Source: an uncultured bacterium (GTDB lineage: Bacteria > UBA8481). Taken from it: a DNA stretch of 21,226 bases. This document shows, piece by piece, positions 18,801-21,226 of this stretch. The notes below the pieces were generated by a model. It saw only the letters and a list, made by a program, of their open reading frames with translations. It made no database searches and had not been told where the DNA came from. The position numbers and the translations under genes were made by a program. The stretch spans positions 126,001-147,226 of the forward strand of contig CAZCME010000009.1 in the NCBI GenBank assembly GCA_964499705.1. The letters run 5' to 3'. The first letter of the stretch is position 1, and every line of letters begins with the position of its first letter.

Positions 18801-18801
18801 A
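781..18801 (+). CDS. Giant secreted multi-repeat protein (6006 aa): 8 unrecognised ~330-aa modules, helical repeat arrays, DUF4214-like, 2x F5/8 type C and 2x YfaP/DUF2135-like domains
   Basis: 18-kb uninterrupted frame with strong G/C-ending codon bias. ATG 781 gives a typical signal peptide (MIRRLLVPALILAMAISSHA/A) and overlaps the upstream stop (ATGA), so it is preferred over the GTG at 712. Confidence 0.95.
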   Translation: MIRRLLVPALILAMAISSHAATISDQTSTTLSDGTIACLFKITDYDAARDGNLYMVITSGTTRTVYKPADNPTGDAKWSGYQGVVLASGTTITKAEVVILGTAVPTTMTVVDRAFGPVTLKLDVAGDATAGYTLTQKVTIADVGSFDAAGSWNPSKPDDPIMIESTNVYKTLLGNLLSGSYATDAFSIGDKITATVTLPPEWIAQLKKGVRMQDDLAAFSTGNFKISISIPFTLKIDPTKPAFEMIATIDPIGKTATLALKSGQTWSQPLNILPATLSSMTMTTDAAFARLNAKAEGEIDLFGKFPASVEIVTLKGMKPDVKVSMKPDVKIIIGALKSLNIPMELERIYLPILEKISLGSFELGDIGNLSLGKLPTANLDFTIELPNWKHDFKVSIPDFDINKPDIFALKLGEVVFPVLKADFDLILAGLAVDMIGIGSWTLADIDLDVVDLKLTAAGDPTAGYDLATALTVKDIGTMNATGKWLPSAPLNPITFKVDNIFKSAMEGLLQSAYPGDAFSMNAQVDVTVGLAQEWIDRLKSATPDKTPLKSGAYTVEISLPFTLKVDPTKPAFNMIAKIDPIKQTVAMGLAPGQQWVDPLGFLPITFDKIDATSDFKFERFAVAAKSNVTFFGQIPVEVSAITLKGMKPDFKVSIKPDVKILIGALKSLKIPIELEKIYLPILDKISLGSFDLGDISFDGKLPTANLDFSIALPNWNHDFKISIPDFDLTKPDLFALKLGEVVFPVLKADFDVILAGLAVDFLGVGAWTLADVDLDVIHITVGAAGNPTDGYDLSSTMTLKDIGTMSAIGKWLPSEPLAPVTFKVDNIFKSAMEGLLQSAYPGDAFSMNAQVDVTVGLAQEWIDRLKSAKPDTTPLKTGAYTVEVTLPFTLKVDPTKTAFNMVAKIDPIKKTVSMGLASGQQWATPLGFLPITFDKIDATSDFNFEKFAVSAKSNISFFGDIPIELSAITLKGMKPDFKVSIKPDVQFLIGAIKSINFPLNLQDLVLPVLEGISFGSFELDKIDFDGKLPTLNLNFSIALPNWRHDFKISMPDFDIGKPDLFATRLGEIVLPVLTINLDKITAGLMFKGISGSWTFVDMDLGIGKLYLGAAGDATKGYDMKGIASLIDVGALKVDGFWTPAAPLDPITFTTKNIFKTWYENSLGGMVPKEWFTLGEDITAKVGLAPEWVERLKQAKPDTTPFTSGKTTIDVSLPFTLKFDPQKPAFRMTATYKVIEKTTTIAMDPGQKWEKPLDILPITFDKITIGADASFTTLTVNASTKLDFLVPCSADLTLVTSKGKDPAYSVFLRPDAGTNIVKAILDGRVPAGLSGMVNGLLPGTVIEEIAVVMDAKKKKPDVRMKFTMTKGSLSQKFDILVTEADLGNPADFSAKAAPQILDQLTNGTIGKATTELLESLGLGPIDWTILDVNVLNQLILMVNVKGAPSTGYTMTADMKALIFEKFTMTGKWDPAKPTDPIKFTADKNVFKPSFDATIGKLMPEGSMVLKNELYAIVTFPSAVTDALKSNGAGGKSTSADGLDVEIGFPMELKIDPTKTTMFNMIGSIYPTRGQVGLALAPGQTWEKPFGFVPATFNTLNVATDPSFTQVTVHADGTTDFFEGSTLEFQIDLLMVQGQKPDLKIQTKPSADLIAAIVKRAKVPEALAASLPSVTIKKFKIAADYSAMAGGNDGGATCELILNVDHDLTGYIDIEISVPAVNLTDPANFVEIVAKELSKKLGDAANIVGQLTQNLGKKLGDAGSDPLGTAEKAADDAAKKGEALGTEAYEYMKNPKKAVNQLVDLGEDLANKLYDEASKWAKDPIGEARKKAEQAVAAAKAVVEGALNLLSDAADFLSDLLSDIWGAITGESERKARAKKADAEAKVEEARRALKEAEDLELEAIELVRYREQFKQAVTLQHCEDIISSVKVNKACVIEGGGMKILRAASNAFIKDIDAKKSKIREIFYEDLINDGTIMNLGYKKNGDVYMSNTMTKAGMEELKTWIDGDTLLNSASKTSLKALIDKKLTPPAIDRDTAMAWIRYLALHENDRILTALKKHINGEYVDNYVLFPNVSNLSSGDKTTLQGELDIAIAAYIAKKSEREYALFIDMIENAKTDAELVGYKAWIRSMDVLSKAPVSDLEYLSVTQVEDLRNRIDARRKNIGVEGGTATVRAIKSVIARQLGQANVLSYDLVSYLAQMGKMIDQSFTATDGRTKETRMTADGSAEHFRFKDIWAPLKFEMEIRSDLFRLGQVDDTAVKALTADHRKTVITAVEAAIAKLIALDSLYDTYAEWSTAMTAYVASSSRDDVYAELDERISRIATVEDAERALNHLTDEARAFKWPDIRKLSAGDTSTLIAKIEAKLDGYRQTAFTTAKSWIENSFENPEWLFKADKYLKGVLHLHEVKPMPDLSFLKRAQVRDLQKLVAEKLKPYAQMQNIRDYMNNPARTGAQLKLLEDLLGGFTNTGLPEELGTVATMTTEQTATLKAELKIVREPFTSIDYVRWYIGKESNVLFLKWMQESLLGTAKHDWGGNMYVEKIPSGTLATLQNDVAAKIAEIEAQAVNGLATIKKQIADAPTLKELKAWSSYIVSTPRGPKPREDAPDIANISADDLTNVYWYDIGPLEKDAVKLTAQLEKVSTETEAATLIADIAKSTLGTAFKASLTADAEKMRTAYKTGGSETMLKFKKWVTEFAGPSIEPLRIFCFFLREPYGSYNNQPPSGQDWMGSLVGSLREGEKSALYKAVELQAERNALKNATTVAECEAILAEYTSSSAASKVVVWDYSGVEEAKAEINAKITALKAAAAAAAAAEKPNALKRIRDWTASATDRDLLDKAARFVFNYRQLAPPAGITWIDTDVGLQTSADRTILFNEMELRQSVLYVREKAAPLTTVADLEALRKDVSGYNYGDTVKAVLYKEIDPKIASLKEAAATAAAASQAILTKGRDWLATVTDKEKAFDLYRYIHNYPSTSYAPPAGMEWLNAEIVALNADDRASLKNDAAATGNLIGVRNDLTAAQSIEACNAIKDQLKAGYYTGLTADHKAEWTTKIDSKIAELRSNGITELFTDSAGALKLIRNWIESSTSKDDLDKVQRYVANYPTMKPLPASADWAASVCKLLTSDQRTAIKKELTQRMAILAVRNNIAAKNFRDAQTGLDWNIQNQNLTTDQATMLKKEIDDAQRAPYVEKYGDAWVAVDKAYRDRIPGLKTDADITALKSEINADTRLPSEAKELLLKAVTDAGAKTIKAAVRASIAEVYKRIIGSDADATTLDGYVTNFATKGLASIATELFASSGFTGKTNTEKIKSLYRFVLWREPDNAKVTTYNSSGKTIAAIGNEMQTLDEFKNLASDTKTFIRTVLGWSTGQAASFSASSNNLTRWKTATSSAACATSEDASKAFNGNEKDKWCSTAGEKWLQVDLGLSCNITEFVIAHAQIGGEPSSTSSDYNTRDFSISVSVDNSAWTKVVDVTASSGAVTIHPVKTTGRYVKLAITKPTQGTDQAARIYEFEVNGSPATTFTPSSSNLARGRTATSSTACATTEAADKAVNGNGKDKWCSTASERWLKVDLGASCNITEFVIAHAEAGGEGVDYNTSAFEISTSPDNTTWTKAVTVTGNTSGVTKHSVTASAARYVKLAITKPAQNSDNAARIYEFEVNGSVVGPSAIVAPSGSVSAPSAVAAPSAVAVAPSAVAIAPAATAARMEAAPLAIAAPASAVMITRAETATPLATRIDTSAATTDTPSAPEPWQLCEFTEGDITVRIDALGDATAGYELTGRIGLKGTAALGGEGNLPLKGRWDPANPNAPVKFEAENILKPGFEKSLGELIPKDWIELGDKLGAILTLDPRWIQRLQAGEDNREDIDWYKEEKVYKIELAFPMKLKLDPTKPAFAMTVKANPIHHTVAIEMDPGQTWDKPFNLLPVKFPRINLGTDEKVSKFDIDAAGEMDFIVKALVDMKLVTTPGRSPELKLDLKTQGDFVDGALKRAGIPPEISKYFTAISSKFKFKSLKIDASMEGLKKGDLPDVAVDFAIELPNWQHHFDLKFPDVDLANMPKFAKLFGDQVWPVLIANLPKITLGLAFGAGDLYFPLADLDLGVVTLDIDAMGNLAKGYDLIGKIAVKDAGEFEMKGHWDPANPLAVIKFDAPNIFKPLYLGSLGKILPAGAFELGDKLIVELIPDPGWVEVLQKAGIQTEEDAKRAGHGCKIDVGFPLKMKLDPTKPPLDMEMRVNLLTKIASMRLASSQKWEKPFDLLPISFTSLEVGTDKEMKALAVRAVGKADFFVACGADLDFELSADGKEKPFTVTLKPEGDLFGEIVKLSGATVDQRKLLDAVLPGLHLNELTIDGDYAEMQAKKGAPDVNFNVTLDALGAKKTFEIKIVKCDFDKPKVIAAQVIPQIIAQLSGVDLKGAGAELLGALGLSGQWTLIDENLQFFEIKVEAEGDPKTGYKLDGFGRISGIGRMNFIGKWDAADPLAPIVFEADNIFKPIFEKTVGTAVPKDKLELKDKLYVVMGLSGPLVESLRRGTGTSEEGPKSEDEDLVGFSIDVNFPIKLGIDPTQKPFDMTATVKPLEQTASIALDPGVVWDKPFGIFPVTFSALNVGTDPTFTTVIIDASGKSDFLGEMEFNIEATLKKNEKPKLKILALPSGDMVAAIMRKVKIPSTMATPKVTLEKFMIAAGFDQLVAGKLPSAALKFKINTLATGDVNVDINIPSISFKEPDKFATAVAKELTQILSQMVTKIGPQIIANATGTVKSAVTDPVGTGRKAAEAGKETAKDLGNAAYDFAKDPAAGTKNLVNGAADLGKSIGEGAYNAVSGEVNKWASDPAGAASEKAQAAMAKAEEAYNAVSGFISDIGGAVSEIFSRESEKEKRGKREIIALKDLSERAKSAKTVADINAIMAVTDNNTDLCWDANGTKTCGHRTAEFRKILREMRDAFNEVTLEKLRARAESATSTDQLQKILDEIEANPDLCSGSGDKLSCSGNAVNLWNEILAMWDKVVERREQIELAEIEKLRTAAESARSKDDLKKIFDRIEKNKILCSGSRAAKNLTCSILTFAFWNELAAVEALLPEFQRIETDKTDADLDKRVAQAAGYGTKYGQGPTWAKHFERFTTALEAQRVVAKARRLKLVREYIKDPNTGGGLIAVAEWLSGKRPTLTGVTANGMVWEKATAAEAFTATEIESLQKEIAQRKSDDLTAGILRSLGTNWNEEFLNRVKKFLAGGRDPEYGDPTTLSNEQRKKIQEKVDSRLADLAEKRNEVFKRAKEIIAGVKTPAGLDDFVRNLEQGRLLDGNVRLAISALQATQMEELSRLIEVQRKAIGNVAETQMKAVRDSVARASSMYELSDYEMQLKDGRSLDSLKVNALTSDQIQTLLKEVAAREKELQKSLPDQQEKAYVDLIKTADLETLTQVVDGLWNWKPRIGILNANLPAASEMSRAQVDKLTAIAKPKLTGIILTNAREFIEKQTGDAPLSAMRAYLGTFISNQRVQPPMQTAIENYKVDRLMLFRLDRPDLIGLQSTIDRRLETLKTAGSVEDFRKLIATAKDATRLSQLMSHFTSDGRSDPSLKLPSPAKLSKTEKDSFVVEIKEKMKALSTPAVIPLGIVEQFRKIIGTEMSQPVLSELMNHIQSGGRNTNPARKWPATTSLNPKDKETLLDAIKARIELLKRPASTTSQGTPVQQPWGQSASGTSSGAPTTTAATGSADVSQKLTAIIAASTEIPLLNELMNHVQSGGRNTNPTRGWPATANLDQGSRISLIAAIRGKIEAIQRQVSAPPQGSTQPAAAAPAQGVTVVLTWTDRGDGDLLVNGAPSHYRGGSPDVRTGPGEEKITLTSGVNTIAARWSGGPAARLTVTIYVSGQTPQLFTLTLNPGQTSNFCTIDAARRTVSPAPGISQGTQQQSGASSSSGPVWVAVSWTDAVDVDLFIDGKPGSAQGGSPDVSRGPGEEKLSLTSGTHKIAVRRFGGTPTKVKVTIAIPGKATEVFEQTIGSGAPVVFGTLNVEQKVFVK
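1102..5990 (+). repeat. Five tandem ~326-332-aa beta-rich modules (R1-R5)
   Basis: Unit starts at about 1102, 2098, 3079, 4057 and 5044. Shared motifs: G(D/N)xTxGY, GxWxPxxPxxPI, N(I/V)(F/Y)K, LKxDP(T/Q)K, GQxWxxPxxxxP, and PNWxHDF in R1-R3. Confidence 0.9.
6055..6402 (+). other. Pro-kinked amphipathic helical segment, copy 1
   Basis: DPLGTAEKAA..., NPKKAVNQLV..., KWAKDPIGEARKKAEQA..., ending ESERKARAKK; homologous to 15046..15396. Confidence 0.7.
6760..10500 (+). repeat. Array of degenerate short alpha-helical repeats (half 1)
   Basis: Recurring L(S/T)xx(D/Q/H)xxxLxxxI(D/E)x(K/R)(I/L) ends, e.g. LSSGDKTTLQGELDIAI, LSVTQVEDLRNRIDARR, LSAGDTSTLIAKIEAKL, LTADHKAEWTTKIDSKI. Confidence 0.7.
9184..9210 (+). 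repeat. (GCC)8-GCG trinucleotide tract encoding 9 Ala
   Basis: gccgccgccgccgccgccgccgccgcg, in frame, between helical repeats. Confidence 0.95.
10519..10818 (+). other. DUF4214-like domain within the giant protein
   Basis: IAEVYKRIIGSDADATTLDGY...IATELFASSGF...NTEKIKSLYRFVLWREPD...LDEF resembles the DUF4214 pattern (LYxxxLGRxPD...SxEF). Confidence 0.65.
10903..11748 (+). repeat. Two tandem F5/8 type C (discoidin/CBM32-like) domains: 10903-11313 and 11347-11748
   Basis: Both carry NL...ATSS, KA(F/V)NG...KWCS, WL(Q/K)VDLG, FxISxSxDNxxWT, RYVKLAIT and ARIYEFEVNG, which are typical F5/8 type C motifs. Confidence 0.92.
11749..12015 (+). other. Ala/Pro/Ser/Thr-rich linker joining the two halves
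   Basis: PSAIVAPSGSVSAPSAVAAPSAVAVAPSAVAIAPAA...TTDTPSAPEP, with short APSAV repeats. Confidence 0.8.
12016..14990 (+). repeat. Three further copies of the ~330-340-aa module (R6-R8)
   Basis: Unit starts at about 12016, 13033 and 14041; same motifs as R1-R5 (GDATAGY, WDPANP, NIFKP, KLDPTKP, W(D/E)KPF, IELPNWQHHF). Confidence 0.9.
15046..15396 (+). other. Pro-kinked amphipathic helical segment, copy 2
   Basis: DPVGTGRKAA..., DPAAGTKNLV..., KWASDPAGAASEKAQAA..., ending ESEKEKRGKR. Confidence 0.7.
15420..18090 (+). repeat. Helical repeat array of half 2, starting with three Cys-loop repeats
   Basis: LC-x8-C, LC-x8-C and LC-x10-C (first Cys at 15499, 15685, 15892), then units ending LSNEQRKKIQEKVDSRL, LTSDQIQTLLKEVAARE, LSKTEKDSFVVEIKEKM, LNPKDKETLLDAIKARI, LDQGSRISLIAAIRGKI. 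Confidence 0.75.
18142..18798 (+). repeat. Two C-terminal beta-sandwich domains, YfaP/DUF2135-like (18142-18417 and 18499-18798)
   Basis: VVLTWTDRGDGDLLVNG...GGSPDVRTGPGEEKITL and VAVSWTDAVDVDLFIDG...GGSPDVSRGPGEEKLSL resemble the VxLxW...DxDLxV...D...GxGPE pattern of YfaP/DUF2135. Confidence 0.6.
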
Positions 18802-19934
18802 ACGCGCGGCATTACATCATCGGATTCTCAATGCTGACCTGCGTTTCCGTTTCGGCTCTTCCCGCGTCGGCGCAGACACCGTCGCCGACGGACTCAGCGC
18901 TCCCCGGCGAAGACGTTTCCACCGCTCCCGAGGCGCCACCGGCCCAGTCCGCGCCGGATGTCGCGGCAAGACCGCGCTCCGCCGCATCGGTGGCCGAGCC
19001 ACCGGCGCCTCTCGAAAATGTGGAACCCGCCAGCGCGCTTGAAGCGGCCATCGAAGGAACGCGGAGCGCCACCCGGACGCTCGTTCAGAATCTCTCCGAC
19101 GAGTTCCTGAAATTCGTCGTCCGCACCGCCGAGTCGCTCGACACCCGCGGCATCGTGAAGCCCGAGCACCGCGAAGCGATGATGGTGCCCGCGGGTAACG
19201 TCCTGGTCGACACCCTCGTCGCCCGGTTCGCCGCATACGAAGTCGTGTTGACGACCCGATGGGCGAAGGCCGCTCCGGCGCTCGCACCCGGGATCGTGAA
19301 GATGCTGGAAGCGGAGCGCGATCGCCTCGAGGAGTTCCTCCGCGCGGACCCCGCCATCATCGAGCGGATCGCGAAGGAGGCAACGCCGCCGACAACCCAG
19401 GCGACGACGCTCTTCATGGAGCGCGTCGCCGAGGCGACAGCAATCGCGGACTCGGGGCCGGGCTTCACAAAGCGACTCCAGAGAGCGAAGATCGCCTGCG
19501 ATTGCGAAGTCGAACGCGTCGTGCGTCGCCGTGTACGGATGGAAGCGGGAAAAGTCGCGGACGGAATCGCCGACGGGTACGTGGCGTTTATCGTCGCGGC
19601 GGAGAACGCTCTCAACAAGCAGTACATCTTCGACAGCGGCGTCCGGCGGAGCATTCTCGAGCCGCAAGCGAAGACGGTCGCCGACTCCATGCTCCGGGAC
19701 TACAACGCATACGCCGAGGCGACGAAGAAGGCCTTCGCCGGAGCGGGCGACCTCGTCTCGAAGCCGGCGAGCGCGGCATTGGAAGTGGAGAGAGAAACTC
19801 TACGGCGCTTCCTCGCAACCGACATTACTTTGCTGAAGGCCGTGATGGAGCAGGCGCTCGAAGACGGTGATGCGGCGGACGGCCGCGCCGTTCGTGGGAT
19901 GATAGAGAAAGCGTCTGCGCACGTATCCCGGTGA
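18798..19934 (+). CDS. Secreted hypothetical helical protein (378 aa), paralog of the ORF ending at 784
   Basis: ATG 18798 overlaps the giant gene stop (ATGA). Signal peptide MNARHYIIGFSMLTCVSVSALPASA/Q, Pro/Ala-rich linker, then two helical units ending ERDRLEEFLRADP and ERETLRRFLATDI. Confidence 0.88.
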   Translation: MNARHYIIGFSMLTCVSVSALPASAQTPSPTDSALPGEDVSTAPEAPPAQSAPDVAARPRSAASVAEPPAPLENVEPASALEAAIEGTRSATRTLVQNLSDEFLKFVVRTAESLDTRGIVKPEHREAMMVPAGNVLVDTLVARFAAYEVVLTTRWAKAAPALAPGIVKMLEAERDRLEEFLRADPAIIERIAKEATPPTTQATTLFMERVAEATAIADSGPGFTKRLQRAKIACDCEVERVVRRRVRMEAGKVADGIADGYVAFIVAAENALNKQYIFDSGVRRSILEPQAKTVADSMLRDYNAYAEATKKAFAGAGDLVSKPASAALEVERETLRRFLATDITLLKAVMEQALEDGDAADGRAVRGMIEKASAHVSR

Positions 19935-19987
19935 CAAGACGATAGCATCTTGATGTGCCCCGCCTGATCGATAACCATCCCTCCATC

Positions 19988-20909
19988 GTGGATGTCTCCC
20001 GAAAGCGAGCGCTCTGTTTCTTCTCGTTCCTCTTTCTGGTCGCGGCTTCCGCTGCGGCGGAGCCGTTGACCATCACGCCATCCCGAGATACCACAACGTT
20101 ACCCTTCTCGCGGGTGGAGGAGAGCCTCCTTATCAATTCCGTCTGCTCGTCAATCGCTCCGGCGCCAGACTGACACCTGCTTCGAACAATGTGAAATACT
20201 CGACGGGAATGCGCGACCTCGTCGCGGACGTGATCGAAGTGAGGGACGCCCGCGGCGAAAGAGCTTCGACGACCAACGCCGTCGATCCCGTCTTGACTCT
20301 CGATCCGCCCGTTGTCCATGTCCATCCCGGCGGCACAGTGCGATTCGACGCGAACGCCGAGGCTGTAACGCCCTTCGTCGTCCTCAGGTCCGCGGGATCG
20401 ACGAGCACGATCGATGACGAGGGTCTCTATACCTGCGGCAGCGTTCCGGACACCGTGGAGTATGTCCAGGCCACGGAAGATCACGGGACATCCATCCTCG
20501 CACGGATCGAAGTGACGCCGGAGCAGGACATCAATCTTGTGAAAACCTTCATCGGCACCATGGCGAGGCTTCTCATCAAGGAAGAAGACCGACCAAAGGA
20601 AGAGGCTGCGCCGAACGAGACTCCGCCGCCCGCGATGCGGAAACCTGTCATCCTGAACGATCTCTTCATCGAACATGCCTATCGAGCGCTCCTGAAGCGA
20701 AAGCCCGGTCGCCGCGAATATCATGAAGCGCTCGCTCTCTTCGACGCCGGCGCGACCAGGCAAATGGTGGCGCGCGCCGCTTGTAACGTTCCGGAATTCC
20801 GTCGCGATATTCTCACGAAGACCATGCAGGGAATGTTCGGCCGGCCTCCGCCGAGGTCGAAGACCTCATTGCCAACGCCATCACGGCAACGTTCAGCGGA
20901 CAGGATTGA
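19988..20909 (+). pseudogene. Frameshifted secreted protein: signal peptide, two Ig-like repeats, DUF4214-like domain
   Basis: Frame 2 from GTG 19988 gives a signal peptide (RKRALCFFSFLFLVAASAAA/EPLTITPS). Frame 1 from about 20085 continues VTLLAGGGEPPYQF...DVIEVRDARG...LTLDPPVVHVHPGGTVRF...TIDDEGLYT, then FIEHAYRALLKRKPG...PEFRRDIL...FGRPP. A likely second shift near 20850 gives frame 3 AEVEDLIANAITATFSGQD*. Sequencing error cannot be excluded. Confidence 0.65.
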
Positions 20910-21074
20910 TTGCATGAAAAGTGTGTTACGGTCGCACCTCCCCCGTCCCTCCTGCGTTCGATAATCGCCCTCCTCATCCTCCTCGGCACTATCACGGCTC
21001 GCTCACGTCCCCAATCGGCAGACGAGAACATCAGAGCGCGATACTCGTCGTGCTCAAGGACGAGTTTGTCTTCC

Positions 21075-21125
21075 GTGCCAAATGGTGCCAGACGAAAACG
21101 GCCCCGGAAAAACAACACTTTGATG
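21075..21125. other. Possible attachment-site elements: GTGCCA direct repeat and IHF-like site
   Basis: GTGCCA-AATG-GTGCCA at 21075-21090 (10-bp period). Minus-strand CATCAAAGTGTTG at 21113-21125 has one mismatch to WATCAANNNNTTR and lies 13 bp from the tRNA 3' end. Confidence 0.45.
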
Positions 21126-21138
21126 ATAAGGGTAGAAT

Positions 21139-21221
21139 TGGAGGGAGAAGGATTCGAACCTTCGAAGGCGTGAGCCAGCGGGTTTACAGCCCGCCCCATT
21201 TGGCCGCTTTGGTATCCCTCC
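21139..21221 (-). tRNA. tRNA-Tyr (anticodon GTA), CCA not encoded
   Basis: Reverse complement GGAGGGATACCAAAGCGGCCAAATGGGGCGGGCTGTAAACCCGCTGGCTCACGCCTTCGAAGGTTCGAATCCTTCTCCCTCCA: 7-bp acceptor stem, GCGGG/CCCGC anticodon stem with CTGTAAA loop, long variable arm, GTTCGAATC T-loop, discriminator A. Confidence 0.97.
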
Positions 21222-21226
21222 GGGTG

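Noticed and set aside
18775-18801. Terminal QKVFVK as a type IX secretion C-terminal signal
   Set aside because: Only the last residues resemble it; the domain is a copy of the preceding YfaP-like repeat and lacks the PNP-type motif.
19935-19952. CAAGA-N8-TCTTG inverted repeat after the 19934 stop
   Set aside because: Only a 5-bp stem with no U-tract; too weak to call a terminator or operator.
19825-20763. 312-aa minus-strand ORF
   Set aside because: Antisense to the recognisable Ig-like/DUF4214-like coding frame and has no recognisable motifs.
21070-21091. TGGCAC on the minus strand as a sigma-54 promoter
   Set aside because: Neither copy has TTGC at the required GG-N10-GC spacing, and no minus-strand gene follows.
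20813-21199. ORFs overlapping the tRNA (20813..21199 on -, 3' part of 20910..21173 on +)
   Set aside because: They read through the tRNA gene and the att-like non-coding DNA.

Overview
High-GC bacterial DNA, all protein genes on the + strand, converging on a minus-strand tRNA-Tyr(GTA) at the right end. The window is dominated by one giant secreted-protein gene (781..18801, 6006 aa, Sec-type signal peptide). It looks like two homologous halves joined by an Ala/Pro linker. Each half has tandem copies of an unrecognised ~330-aa beta-rich module (5 in half 1, 3 in half 2), a Pro-kinked amphipathic helical segment, a long array of short helical repeats and a pair of terminal beta domains (DUF4214-like plus two F5/8 type C domains in half 1; two YfaP/DUF2135-like domains in half 2). 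The giant gene is joined by ATGA overlaps at both ends to two paralogous helical proteins of unknown function. These are followed by a frameshifted Ig-like/DUF4214-like secreted-protein gene and att-like motifs beside the tRNA 3' end, so the cluster may be the edge of a tRNA-integrated island. No enzyme, transporter, integrase, reverse transcriptase or CRISPR array is visible. All domain names come from motif recognition by eye, not database searches.
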